A DNA stretch of 64,000 nucleotides from Paragordius varius (taxonomy: Eukaryota > Animalia > Nematomorpha). The DNA is taken from assembly GCA_964247055.1 (NCBI GenBank), contig OZ176056.1, forward strand, positions 1,488,001 through 1,552,000, read 5' to 3'. The notes beneath the pieces are model-generated. The model made no database searches. It had not been told where the DNA came from and worked only from the letters and a program-made list of their open reading frames with translations. The translations under genes and the position numbers were made by a program. Of this stretch, positions 1 through 13,408 are shown one piece after another (position 1 is the stretch's first letter; each line of letters opens with the position of its first letter).

Positions 1-431
1 GTTATATAATTTTTATTACAATTGATAGAATTTTAAGTTAAGAAACTATTTATATATATTTATATAAAATTTAAATAAAAAAAAAGCAAAAAACTAGATG
101 AAAAATAATTTTTGTTAAATTTAGAACTTGGTTTTTTTAATAAATCAACGTAGGGGGATTGAAACTAAATAGGTATAAATTGGTAAAAAAATATATTGTA
201 TATAATAGCATGATATTAATTATATGGAAAAATTAAGAATAAATAAAATATGGTTTTCTTGATTAAATTTTTAAGTTTTATTTATTTTGCTTTTAAAATT
301 TTAATTTTAGTATAATTGCAAACTAATTCCTATTGATAACTTTTAAGTTATATAGTAAATTTCCATTTTAAACCAAATATTTTTATTTCCAACAAAATCC
401 TCAATCAATTTCAAGATATGCAAAAAATTAC

Positions 432-3400
432 CAATTGGATAATCCATATAACTTTTAAACGAGGAGATCAAATCATCACTGCCATCTTTTATATTATTAT
501 TATTCCTGGATTTAAAAGTTTCATTCATTAAAAGCGAAACATTTGATGATTCTTGATTATTTTCAATTTGTGTCACATTATTTTGGGCAAAATTGTCGGA
601 AAAATCCATATTTTCCATAGTTTTGAGACTTATATGATTGTTGACGCTTTGGTTTTTTACTAAACTTTCATTACCCATTATTGAGGGGATATCAGGTATT
701 CTTTCAGAATGCGTTAACATGGGTGTTCGAGATAAACCTTTTTTAATCAAAAAAAAACCCTCTTAAAATCCAATATTTTAAAAAACTTACAAAAAATAAA
801 TTAAAAAACCCCAAAAAATTAATTTTTTCACTATAGATTTCAAATTCAAAACGTTAAAAGAAAAACAATAACTTTTATAGTTTAATGAGGGAATATCAAA
901 AAATTATCAAAAAATCAATTTGCAAATTTAAAACAATAAAAAAATATCTAAAAATATTAATTAAGATTAATTAAGATTTACTTGTGGCCAGGTAAGGTTT
1001 CCAATAGATGGTAGGAAACCCGATAGGATAAATTACATTTTTACTATTTTCACTTTGCTGTACATCATCGTATTCAATGTCATCTGTAAAATAAAATAAA
1101 ATCATTTTATTTCCAAAAAAAATTTTTTGTAATAAATTTTAAAAATTTTTCTTAAAACAAAAATTTGAAAATTAATATAAATTTTTCCCCCTCGAAAAAA
1201 TTAAAAAATATAGCTATAATAATATCATCAAAAAAATATGGTAATGTAATTATGATATGTTAATTAGGTATTAATAAGGTATTAATCGAGCTAACATATT
1301 ACAAAACATTTTTAAATTAACAAAATTTTTGCCCCAAAAAAATTGAAAAATATAGCAATAATTTTATAAAAATATATATATATATATATTTTCATCTTAA
1401 ATTTGAAAATAATCTTTTAAAAACTTAAAATAAAAAAACCATTATCCGGTTGACTTTTTAGTAATCGATTATTTCGCTCAATTTTTCCAACATCAGTGTT
1501 GTCGCCATAATAAAGCTCAGAATTGGAGTTTACGTTAGGATTTTGGACATACAATTGTCCATTATACGTGCCTTAAGAAAAAAAATTTTTAAAATTAAGG
1601 CTAAAAAATTAAATTTTTATAAGAATAATAATAATAAATAATTTATAAAATTTCTTAAGTTAAATTGCTTTAAAACACTCTGCGCGTTCTTCAAAAACGC
1701 TTATATATATACCTATTTAGTAAATCATTTATTTTTATTTTTTTCTTTACGAATAATAAAATAAATAATTGATAACTTTATTATGTAAAAAATTATGATT
1801 AAAAATTACTATAATCTAAATAAATAAATAAATAAGGTAAAATTTTAAATATAATAAATATATATAAAATAAAGCCAGTGTTTTTCATAAAAAAACGCAA
1901 GTAAAAAGCAGAAAATCTTTAATTTTGAAAAAATCCAATTATTTTCTGTGGAAACAAAACAATATCTCTTTACAAGTTCAATAATCCATACTATTGTAAT
2001 AAAACTAATTAACTAAAAATATAATCTATTCAAAATTAAGATCTTTTATCATTTTAAATATTATAGTTTTACCACTTAATTTATAAAAAAACTTCAAAAA
2101 TTTTAGATATATACGCTAAAATATTAACACGGTAAAATTTATACCAATGTATATATAATATAAGACTTCCTTGGGGTAGTGTATTAGATTTTAGATTAAA
2201 AAATTATGTTACCCTACGTATTAATATCTTCTCTCAAAAAAATTCAAAAACTTAAAATTTTACCGTAAAATGTTAACTTTACGATTAAAAATACCAAAAT
2301 TTTATAACAATAGTTATGAGACTTTTTTCAAATTGTGTTAGATTTTCTCAAATAAAAAAACTTTTATTTTTTTAATAGAATACCTATAAATCTTATATTA
2401 CCCTATGAATTATTTATCTTATCCTAAAAAATATCAAAATTTTCAAAATTATACGGTAAAATAGTGATTTTCAATAAAAAAATATAAAATTTGAACCAAT
2501 ATTTATACCATATATAGAACTTAATTGAGTAATGTATTAGAGATTTTAAAAAATTATATACCTACGAATGTTTTATACCTTATTATCTGAAAAAACTTCA
2601 AACATTTCTAAATTTTCCGTAAATTATTAAATTTACTGTAAAAAACCCAAAAATTAATGATTTCGCCAATGTAAATATATGACTACCTTAGAGTGTTTTA
2701 AATATTATAAAAATCATATATTACCGTACGGATTTTAAATCTTATTCTCTCAAAAATTTACTCAAAAAATTATTAATTTTACCGTAAAATTATTAATTTA
2801 CTGTCAAAATTTTGTATACCAATATATATAGAACTTACTTTGAGGTAATGTATTAAAAATTATAAAAAATTATAAAAAATTATGTTACCTAGAGTTTTAT
2901 ACCTTCTCTCAAAAAAATTTCAAACTTTCAAAATTTTACCGTTAAATGTTCACTTTACGATATATAATACCAAATAATAATATTATTTATGAGACTTGCT
3001 TCAAATTGTGTGTTTTCTAAATCAAAAAAACTTTTATTTTTATTAAAACACTTATAAATTGTAAATTACCCTATGAATTTTATATCTTGTCTTAAAAAAA
3101 TATTTAAATTTTCAAAATTATACGGTAATAGATTAATTACCAATAAAGGACTTACTTGGCCTATAGTTTTTATACCTTATTTAAAAAAAAATTTCAAAAG
3201 TTTCTAAATTTTACCGTAAAATATCAAATTTACTGTAAAAATCAAAATTTTAACCAAATTTTATACCAATATATATATGGGACTTACTTGGGGTAATGCA
3301 TTAGAGATTATAAAAAATTATGTTACTTAGAGTTTTATACCTTATCTGAAAAACATAACATTTCTAAATTTTTCCGTAAATTATTAAATTTACTGTAAAA

Positions 3401-6400
3401 ACCCAAAATTTTAACCAAATTTTGTATACCAATATATATAGGACTTCCTTGGGGCAGTGAGTTAGATTTCAAAGCGCCAACATATTGTCGCCCATGTAAA
3501 TCGATTAATTGTAATTGTCCTTGAACCAAGGACCACACTTTAGCTATAGGACAGGTAAACTAAACAAATTTATAAATGGAATTAATTGGTAAAAAAAGGA
3601 TTTTTTGAGATAAAATTTAAAATATTATATAATAATACATTTATAATAAAAAAAATAGTTTATTTTCTAGAAATAATTTTTATAAAAAAAAAATTATTTT
3701 AAACTCTAAATATAATAAGTTGGCATAATTTATATAGAATTGGAGGGTATTTTAAATTTCTCTTATAAATCTTGAAAAAAACGAGTCTTGCTGGTTAAAA
3801 ATGGAGTCAGGAGCTTGATTTTTTTAAAAAAATATAAGCAAAAACATAGATTTATCATCTCTTAAATTATGTAAATAAATAATAAAATAGATTATAAGTA
3901 TAATTTTAAAGGCTATCAAAACAAATTAATTAACTTATTTCGTAATATACCATTTAAAATTCAAATTAACCTTTGAACATTTCAAATTCACCCTAAAAAT
4001 AAATTATGTGTTTTCGGGATATTATAACTCATGATTAATAAGAAATATATTTTTACGACATTGTTTATTAATTTTTCATTATAAATTTAAACGAAATTTC
4101 ATTTTTTGATATAAAAAAACATAATTTTTTAATTTTAAAAAACATAAATTTTTTAGGGTAAATTTGAATTGTTCTAGGGTATATTCGAATTGAAAATGGT
4201 ATATTATTATATACTTTAATATATTTAATAAATTTTTAATTATTGAGTTTAATTAAATTGTAAAAAATAAACAAAAAAAATTATTTTTTAGATAAAAAAA
4301 AGTCACTTACACTTTTATGCCATTCATGTTCTTTGGTGAAGGAATAAGATCGATTCCTTGATTTTTCACCTTAAAATTTATATAAAAAATATAAATATTT
4401 TTTAATTTTTTTTATATAAAATAATCTAATTTTTTTCTTAAATTACACCGCAAGTATTATAAATATATATAGAAATAATGAAAAAAGTAAAAAAAACCCA
4501 TATTTTTTATTTAAAAATCATATTTTTAACCTTATTTTATGTTTCAGAGTAGTCTAACAAAAAAATTTAAGGATAAAAAACGATAATTTAAATTTTATTT
4601 TTATTTTTGTAAAAAAATTTAAAAAAAATACCTTTAAAATATTTTTCCGCGGTATTATTTGATTTTAAAGGCCTATAACCAGTTATAACCCCTTCTGGTA
4701 CATGAACAGTAACTCCATAAAGGCTAAACATATTATCATCATCACTAAAAATGAAAAAAAAATAAATTAAAAAAAATGATAAATTATAAAAGAATTAAAA
4801 ATTTTGATAACTATAAAAAAATTTTAAATTTTATATTATTAATCTTATTTCAGTCCTTTTTTTGTATCTTTCAAAATTTTGATTTATAGAACCTATTTAA
4901 CTATAAACCTCCATATTTTATAAATTAAAAGATATTAGCACTATAAAAAAAGTATTAAGGTTTTACCTAAAAAATATAGAAAATTAGCAATTTTTTTCCA
5001 AAAAATATTAAAAAAATTTATAACTATCTTAACTTAAAATTTAACTTTCAACTTTTATTTAAAACTTTATCTTAAAATTTTCAATATTTAATAAATAAAA
5101 ATAAAAATTAAAATTATTACTTTTCTGGCATATTATTATCTAAATCCTCATTTTCATCATTTAATTCAGAATTTTCTGGAAAAAATGTGTTGTAATTTTC
5201 AGATGTAGGGTGTTTTGATTGAAAACGGTCATCATTTATCAAATGATTAATGGTTGATTTTGAAACTTTGTTATTAACGCTTATAAGTTCAGTATTGGCT
5301 ACCATATGAGCAAAGTTATCTATAAAAATAAGATTTAAATTTTGATATATATCAAAAAAAGCTTTATATGTAAAAAAAATAATATTTCTACAATTTTAAT
5401 ATATATATATATATATATATATGAAAAAAAGTTTTAAAATTATCTACAAAATAAGATATTTCTAAAATATTAATATATATATATATATATATATATATGT
5501 GGTAAAAAATTTTAAAATTATGTAAAATTTTTAAAATTATCTACAAAATAAGATATATCTACAATATTAATATATATATGTGATAAAAAAAATTTATATA
5601 AAAATTTCTAAAACTACAATTACAATATTAATATTAACAAAAAAAATTTCTATGAATGAAAAATAATTATTAAATTATATAATTAATAGATTAAAATAAA
5701 AGCGTAGTTTTTAATCCAAGATTTTTTGATTGAATATTAACTAGCGTTTTGAAACGTGAAATAAGGAATAAAGACAAGATGTAAATTGCTAACATATTCC
5801 ATTTTATACCATTTATGGAATTCAAATTCACCCTAATGGCATAGTTTATTAAATTTCTGTATTAATTTTAACAAAATTTAATTTTTAAAAAATATAAAAA
5901 AATCGTAAAAAACATAATTTTATTTTAAATGAATTTGAATTGTTTTCTATGGTGAAGAAGTGTAAATGGTAATATTTAAATCAAATTATAATTATGATAA
6001 TATAAAAAATATCGACCAAAAAAATGGTTTTCTTTATTTAAAAAAATATTAACTATAGTTATAAAATTTTAAAAAATAATTTAAAAACTAAAATCTTAAT
6101 AGTTATAAAGAGTAACCCCACCTTTTTAATTAAAAGATAAATTATAAATTATAAAAATTAAAATCTAAAACCATTTTTATTGCGCAAATTTTCAGACGGA
6201 TAATTTTGTTGTTCATTAGATTGATATTGAATAGCTTTTTTGGGTATTTGAGTTACATCTTTTAGGGGTGTCACAAAACCTGGTTTAGGGCGTAAAAGTT
6301 TGACTTCTATGTCCCCAACACTAAAATTCCATCTAAAAAAATCATTAATATTGGATATTTTTCTATTTCATTATTTTATATAATAAAAAACACTCAAAAA

Positions 6401-9400
6401 GCCTTATTCTAATGATAAAAATTTGAAATTTTACATATTTATTACGGTTAAAATTAATATAATGTGTTTTTTTAAAAGACAACCAAACTTAAATCTTGAT
6501 TCTTTTCAATATAACTCATTGTTTAGAATGGCAAAGTGTTAAATAAATATATACAAACACAATCATTTCTACATATTTTATAATTTTTACTAATAGCTTA
6601 TATAAGAAAAATTGAGGTTTTAAGAAGAAAGTATGGTTATAATTTTTAAATAAAAATATATGCCTTTATATTTTTACGTTTTGTCCGTATAATTTAAATT
6701 TTTAATGCATTTTAAATATTTCCATGTTAACTTAAATTACATCAAAATTAATTTTAATCAAACACAGACATATAAATATAGCAATTTAAATAATTATGGC
6801 TATGAATGTGATCCCATATAATAAAATTAAAATTTTTTACATTCTTTATTCAAATATTTTAATTTAAAACAAAAAGAATTTGAAAAACAAAACAGCTGAC
6901 TAAGTTTTCTTTAAAATTTTATTTTTAATCCATAAATATACTACCGTTCTTTCCCCCCGTAACTTTCAACACTTCGAATTATTCGATTTACACGTTGAAT
7001 CAAGATTTGATCTTTTGGTGGATTTGAAACATGATTTTCAGTGTTAAAGTATTGACAACCATCGAGGTTACACATGTAATTGAGCTAAAAAAATAAAAAA
7101 ACGAAAATAAAAAAAGTTAAATATTGGAAAAATTAAAATTAAATATATATATACATCATTTACAATTCATATTCACCCTACAACACTTTAAATTCACCCT
7201 AAAACACTTCAAATTCACCCTCGAACAATCCAAATTTTCCTTAAACAATTCGAATTCACCCTCGAATAATTTAAAATAACCCTTGAACAATTCGAATTTA
7301 CCCTCGAACAATTTAAAATCACCCTTGAATAATTCAAATTTGCCATTAAAATTCACCCTCGAACAATTTTTATTCACCCTCGAATAATTTAAATTCACCC
7401 TTAAACAATTCAAATTCACACCCTAAAATAAATCATGTGCTTTATAGCTCAAATATTCCCCACACTTTTTTATATTTTAAAAAAATGAAATTTTGCTTAA
7501 AATTAAAATATACTGAAATAATTAACTATGTCATAAAGATATATTTTATATAGATATGGTAATGAGTTAGTTATATTAGCCTGAAAACACATAATTTATT
7601 ATTAGGGTGAATTTAAATTGTTCAAGGGTTAATTTAAATTGTCAATGGTATATATATTCAAAAAACCACTGTACTTTCTTTTTTGAAGATAACTCAATGT
7701 TTTAAATTGCAAATTATGAAATAAAGATGTATAATAGTAACAAAGCATTTTACAATTAAAATTTAACAATTAATATGGGAAAAATTAAAAAAATAATTGT
7801 TTTTTTAAAAAAGAAATATACTGTATAATTTATAGAATTTTTACCTAACCCCCCCCCCCTCTTTCAAAATTACACATATAAGTTAAATAATTTAAATAAT
7901 AAACAATTACGCAATAATTACATAATGACTAACATATAGAATATATAATTGTTGGGCTATAAAAATTAAAAAAAATACGGTATTTTAAATTTAAGACAAC
8001 TCCAATTAAATGTTAAAAATCTTTACAAGTTTGTGTTCAAAATGTCCAACTAAGATTCGGGGATTTTCCTTAAACACTTTAATAAAATGTTGAAAAATTA
8101 TCTATTTCAATAAATTTTTGGCAACTATTTTTATTTCAAATGTAATCTAAACACGTACTAAAATTTTGTAGTAAGACATGTATTAATTTTAGTGGTGATA
8201 TATTTAAAAGTTTAAGGGCAAAAATAAAATATGTTTAATAAAAGAGCTGTTTGAATCTTAAAAGCAGCCGTTAAAATATTAAAAAAAACTATTGGCAATA
8301 AAAAAATTTTAATTAAAAATATGCAAAATTTAATTAAATATTCAGCTTAGCAGATTTTTATTCATATAATTTAAAAATATTAAAACGAAATTAACAATCA
8401 CCTTTGATTTGATTTAAGTTTAATTACACCATATACCTTACATTTTTTAGATATATGAATGGATTTTAAAACAATCATACTAGTTTTAATTTTATATAGC
8501 CGTTCAAAAAAGTAAACCCTTCGATATTTTTATTAGGGTAACTTTTGATATTTAATGTAAATTTAAATATATGTATTTTTTAAAACTACATTTTTTTATC
8601 AAAAAAATACACTAAAAAGTTAAATTATAATGCGGACAAAAGGTAAATAAAGAAATAATTTTTTCAAAAGACACCTGTATTTTTTTTTTGTTTTCTTATT
8701 CAATATAACCTATTTAATTAAAATTTTATTATCGATAATTGATTGTGATTTTTTCCAATAACATCCTTAATCCATACTTTAAAATTTAAAACAATGAGTT
8801 ATATTTAAAAAAATGGTTTATACAACGGTCTTTAGATTAAAGATTTTTGTCTTTATATTTTTTTATATTATAAAATATTTTCAATTTTTACAGTGATTAA
8901 AAAGCAAAAAAAAGTTAATATAAATAATTCCAATTTTTTTTGTATTTAAGGCACATATATATTTTAACATATTTTCAATAAAAATAATTCCAAATTTTAT
9001 AATAAAATCTTTTCAATTTCTTATTACCTTTCCAGTATGTAGATCCAAATTATAAGTGGATATATATTCACCCCCGACCAAGAATACATCATCACCAAAT
9101 TTCAAACTGCTTTTCAACAGGTTTGACGTTGAAAATGGGAGAGCGCTTATAACTTCATTTCGGACTTCGTAATGGTCAGTGGAATCACCATGGCAACCGT
9201 TGCCATGGCAACGCATATTTTGGTTTTCATCATTATTATCACTAGGAATAATTTTAGCCTGTTCATATTGATAGAGGCGACCATCTAGGGATGGTATAAC
9301 ACGTACACGAATACCATTACGTACAGCCTGTAATTAGTAAAATGTATAAAATTTAATATTTTAAAAAATTATAAAAATAATTTTTTGTGATTGATAATTA

Positions 9401-11375
9401 AAAACCAAATCTTTTTTAGCCCTGAATTATTGTGCAAATATATTATGATAAATACAATAAAAATTGAAATTTTACGGACATAACGTTAAATATAAGGACA
9501 AATATTTTTATTCAAAAAAAGACAACCATACTTTTTAAAACCCTAATTTATGCTATATAAAATATTTAATTCAATCGTAAACTACATAATTGAATGTGCT
9601 ACCAATACACATTTTTATATTAAATTTTGCAGTTTAAAACAATCAGTTATATTAAAAAAATCAAAATTCTAAAAAATGGTTGTCTTTTAGAAAAATTTGT
9701 CTTTATATTTTTACGTTTTGTCCGTATTATTTCAAATTTTACTGTAAATTCAATCAATATAGAACCCAAAATCTATTCCTATATTTTATTTTGACAAAAA
9801 GTTCCAAAATAATTTCATATAAAAATCAGTTTGTCAAATCCTCACAAAAAAGTTTCAGTAAGTATTTTCAAAACCATTTTAATAAATTTTTTATTTGCAA
9901 TATTTTATCGAAAAAAACCAATTTATCTATCAGTATATTCATACAAGTGCACATTTCAATACTCATTTATACATTTAAAGCTTGAATTATAAAATATGCA
10001 AGGATTCAGTTTATTTAGTAGTTAAAAATGGTTAATTAAAGAATTTCCAAAAAAAATTTCAAAAAATGTCAAATAACATAAATACTTCGGCTTTGCCTAG
10101 GCTTGACGATATCAAAGGTTTGTCCCCTATTCGATAATTCCAAATCTCTTTACCTTCATTATTTAAATCGAGGGCATGTAAGAAGCCATCCAAAGTATTG
10201 ACTAGTAAGATTGAACAAGTCGAACTGTATAGATATGTAAAATTACAGTAAAATTACAGTAAAAATTAACATTTATACGGATAAAACGTAATTATATAAA
10301 GACAAATATATTTTTTACAAAAGACGACCACACTTTTGAAATCTTAATATTTTCGATAAAAATGATTGTTTTAAACTAAAAATTATGATTCAGCTATAAA
10401 ATTACATAAATTTATCATGATTTTTCGATTACTACAAGTAATCCTTGTCAAACGTAAAAAATAAAATTAATAAACTGAAAAGTATAAATTAGAGAAATAA
10501 TTGGTAACACAATCCATATGTATTGTGCGATTATCATTAACTGATTTTTATAGGATAAAATAAGGTTTAAAATATGTGGGGTAGTTTTTTGAAAGAAAAT
10601 ATTTGTCTTTATATTTTTACGTTTTGTTCGTATAATTTTATTTTTACCGTTATATAAATAATATAATAGTTTAAAACAGGGGTGTCCAACCGTATAGCCC
10701 CCGAAAATATTTTTGCAAAAAATTTAAAAATCCAAGTAAAATTAATTTTTCCCTAAAAAATTATCTGAATCAGAGAGAATTTCGGTAATGATCTATATGT
10801 TTAAAACTAATAAATTATTTGCTAAATCCGATATATTTGAACCCAAGAAGTTTATTGTAAGGGACAGCCCTGGTTTATGGATAAAGGTAAAATTATAACA
10901 AAAGATAAAGACAAAAAAGTAAAATATAAAATATTAATATATTAAAACACGTTTTTTGTAAAAACATGATTTTTTTCAAATATTATAAATAATCTTTTGT
11001 TTTGGGTTGCGAAATAACAATTCTAATATTTGGTAAAAACTCAGATACTTCACAATCATCAATGCTACACATTAATAATGGAAAATAAAAATAATGGTCC
11101 TCTATATTCAAAAATATTTATTATTTATTTATATATTTAATTAATTACAATTTAAGTCACAACCTAATATTAACAATTATCAAAAAACAGTAGATAAATT
11201 AAAATTTTTACGTATTGAATGTATAAGAGAATTCTTCGGTATCATTTGCAATGACGTTATTGCGAGGACCATATAAACTTTCATAACACATGGATTGGAA
11301 GAGTAGGCATATAAAACAAGTTATAACAATTTTCAAATAAAGAAAAACTAAATTTAATGCATAAATTATATTCAT
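432..11375 (-). CDS. EIF2AK3: PERK (eIF2-alpha kinase 3), signal peptide and luminal domain exons; gene continues beyond the left edge of the window
   Basis: Phase-compatible GT-AG exons: 11375-11212, 10224-10086, 9327-9028, 7084-6945, 6332-6172, 5319-5121, 4744-4632, 4369-4311, 3559-3430, 1571-1440, 1083-982, 737-432. The translation has a hydrophobic N-terminus (MNIIYALNLVFLYLKIVITCFICLLF), then LLVNTLDGFLHALD...W...LISSSLGKAE, VIPSLDGRLYQY, LPFSTSNLLKSSLKFGDDVFLVGG, QRVNRIIRSVESYGGKERWNFSVG, FTCPIAKVW, IYIGTYNGQLYVQ, FPTIYWKPYLATSLSRTP. These match recalled human PERK luminal motifs (STLDGRIAALD, IIPSLDGALFQW, ESSYKFGDDVVLVGG, EKWNFSVG, VYLGMYRGQLYLQ, LPTIKWKP). The donor at 432 is the least certain boundary; the TM and kinase domains are not in the window. 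Confidence 0.93.
2030..3470. repeat. Degenerate ~160-170 bp tandem array in a PERK intron; the unit includes the 3' end and donor site of exon 3559-3430
   Basis: Recurrent TTTTACCGTAAAAT and ATACCAATATATAT..GACTT[AC]CTTGGGG motifs, the latter near 2141, 2494, 2811, 3137, 3261 and 3425 (the real exon end). Confidence 0.8.
3948..4201. mobile_element. MITE with TACCATTT...AAATGGTA termini and 21-bp subterminal repeats
   Basis: Inverted ends TACCATTTAAAATTCAAATTAACC / GGGTATATTCGAATTGAAAATGGTA. Related copies lie near 5805-5975, 7152-7650, 19060-19252, 22819-23105, 50400 and 58580-59400. Confidence 0.65.
7152..7650. mobile_element. TACCATTT-family MITE with an expanded 21-bp array (AAATTCACCCTCGAACAATTT) in one arm
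   Basis: About 12 tandem 21-mers at 7170-7420, with the inverted counterpart at 7600-7650. This explains the spurious ORF 7156..7419. Confidence 0.65.
9184..9213. promoter_or_regulatory. Perfect palindromic RFX X-box-type motif (GTTGCCATGGCAAC, 9199-9212) plus an adjacent near-perfect copy (9184-9197), inside a PERK coding exon
   Basis: The plus strand reads ATCACCATGGCAAC-C-GTTGCCATGGCAAC-G, matching the established RFX consensus GTNRCC(N0-3)RGYAAC. Function is untested. Confidence 0.35.
9460..9746. mobile_element. Tc1/pogo-like MITE family (TA-CAGTAAAA-type ends; arms with CGGACAAAACGTAAAAATATAAAGACAAA...AAGACAACCATAC)
   Basis: About 80-bp imperfect inverted arms. Related copies or halves lie near 6440-6700, 10246-10650, 14530-14770, 14960-15225, 23460-23690 and 39950-40025. 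Confidence 0.55.
10677..10872. mobile_element. Small hAT-like MITE
   Basis: Left end CAGGGGTGTCCAAC, right end GGGACAGCCCTG; the 8-bp flanks GTTTAAAA / GTTTATGG match only partially. Confidence 0.4.
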
Positions 11376-13213
11376 AGAATGATAGGAAAACCATACAATT
11401 GAGCAATTTTAGGTAACTCCCTTTGAGTCAAGCAGGTGATCCGACGTATTTAAAAGTTAACCATAAAAATGTACATCAACCTGAAATTTTTCAAGATAAA
11501 ATTATATAAATAGTATGGTTAGGATTAAATTTATTTTTTGCAAAACCAAATTAAAAAAATTTTACTATAGATAATTTTTAAATCTTTAGAAATTTCAAAT
11601 TTAAATGATACTATCGGAATAAATTGTTTTAACATAAGATATTCTCAAATGTATTAGGGTTCTCATGGTACTTTTAAATTAGTACAATAGTCTGATTTAA
11701 AAAAGTCTATTTATGCTTTTTAGTTAATTGCTAATATTATAAAAGCGCAAAATTTTTGCATATCCAAAAGATTTTTTCGGTGAAATAAAAAAGCTTCATC
11801 CCGAAATCACCGATATAACATATACCACTTATAAAGAGCAAACGATTAATCTTTTATTTAAATTTTAGATGTAGGCTCCGAAAGTCCCAAAATTTCTAAC
11901 ATCTTTTAAATGGCTAGTTCTTTTACAATCAAAAATGCCGGCGCGTGAAAAAATTTTAAATAAAAAAATTTTTGACATCAATTATAAATATTTTTAAAAA
12001 ATGTATACTTTCAAAAATTTATTTTTTACCAAAATGCGAATATTATTTTAAGGGATGATGGAAAAGGTAGAAAAACGCTTGAAGATATTAAAAAACATTT
12101 ATACTGCCTCCATAATCAAGGGGTATAAAAAATAACCTATTTTTTAGGAAAATGTATCAGGATTATCATGGTGCTTTGGTTTTGAACTATACAAGTGTTA
12201 TATAAGAATACACTTTCGTGGTAAGTATATCAAATAATGGCAAAATTTGCGTTAATTTTTAAAAATAATTTTTTTTGTGAAATAGCGGCTTCAGTTCAAA
12301 AATATTAGTAAATATATTATAAATGATATAAGAAAACAAGGTTCGTTTGCTTTTTATTTTTTAAATTTTTGTTAAAAACACAATATTAATTCAATTAATT
12401 AGGAGACGAAGGAATATATTAATTAAAATTCGGATGTAACAGAAATGTTCAGCATTATCGAATTAAAAGTTTTTTTATAATATCTAAAAGCGTTTTTACC
12501 CGTTTCCATTCTGACTCAAGATATTATGAATATGCCTCAACAAAATTTTGATAAAAATTAAGTTTTTGAAATATGCATTATTTAGATTTTTATCGCGCAA
12601 TCTCGAAATTTTTGTGTTTAGCTTAAGATGCCCATTTTAAACGGGTTCAAAAATTTGGGAATTTTGGAGCTCACATCTAAATTTTATAATTTTTTAAATG
12701 TATTACTTTGCTATTTTAATATAGTTTATGATATATTTTAGTAAATTTTTTTAAATGAGCATTTAGCTTTTACCATTATTATTCAACAAAATTTGCGACC
12801 ATTTTCTGATTAGCTTACACTAAATGGCGACTTTCTTATATAACTCGTACGACCATCATCAAAAGTCCTGAAACTTTTTTATCATAATATATATATATTT
12901 CAAATATTGCGGAAACTGTGTAGATACAACATTTTAAAATTTGAAAGATATCTGAATTGGATATTACAGTGAGTTTTTTTAGGTAAAAATTATGAGTTTC
13001 AGGCTGCTTTAAAAGATTTCTAAAAATTTTATGTAAGAAAGGAGTATAATAACTAGATTAAATTAATTTGTCGTTCCAAATTTTGGTAACAGAGTAAATT
13101 AAAACTTTATATATTATCAGTTATGAATCATAACCCTATTTTAGTGCATGTTGTTATATTCAATTTATTAATTCTCGTTTGATATATTATTTACTGCAAG
13201 TTCAGTAGCTGCT

Positions 13214-13225
13214 AATATGGCCGCC
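13214..13225. promoter_or_regulatory. YY1-like motif (AATATGGCCGCC) in the divergent intergenic region between PERK and the coiled-coil gene
   Basis: Resembles the AANATGGCGGC/AANATGGCCGCC YY1 consensus and is a GC-rich island in an AT-rich background. This is a motif match only. Confidence 0.2.
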
Positions 13226-13408
13226 TAGAATAGAGTTAGGCACTTCTACTTTAGATTGATTAATACAATACAGTAAAAATTACAATTTCGCAGACAAAAT
13301 GTAATATCTTGACAATTAACTTTTAATACCGCTATATACATTTTATACCTTTAGAAAAAACTATTAAATTACAAATTAAATTATACAACTGAGTTTATAA
13401 ATATATTA

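Noticed and set aside
343-431. Read-through of the PERK exon to the stop at 343 (a short secreted PERK)
   Set aside because: A good donor (G|GTAATT) at 432 fits the YPxDNG motif of homologues. A truncated isoform cannot be supported without transcripts.
7156-7419. 87-aa heptad-periodic ORF
   Set aside because: Translation of a 21-bp MITE arm array inside a PERK intron.
11424-11450. TGAGTCA (AP-1-like) and CCGACGT upstream of PERK as UPR elements
   Set aside because: Short motifs expected by chance; no complete ERSE or UPRE was seen.
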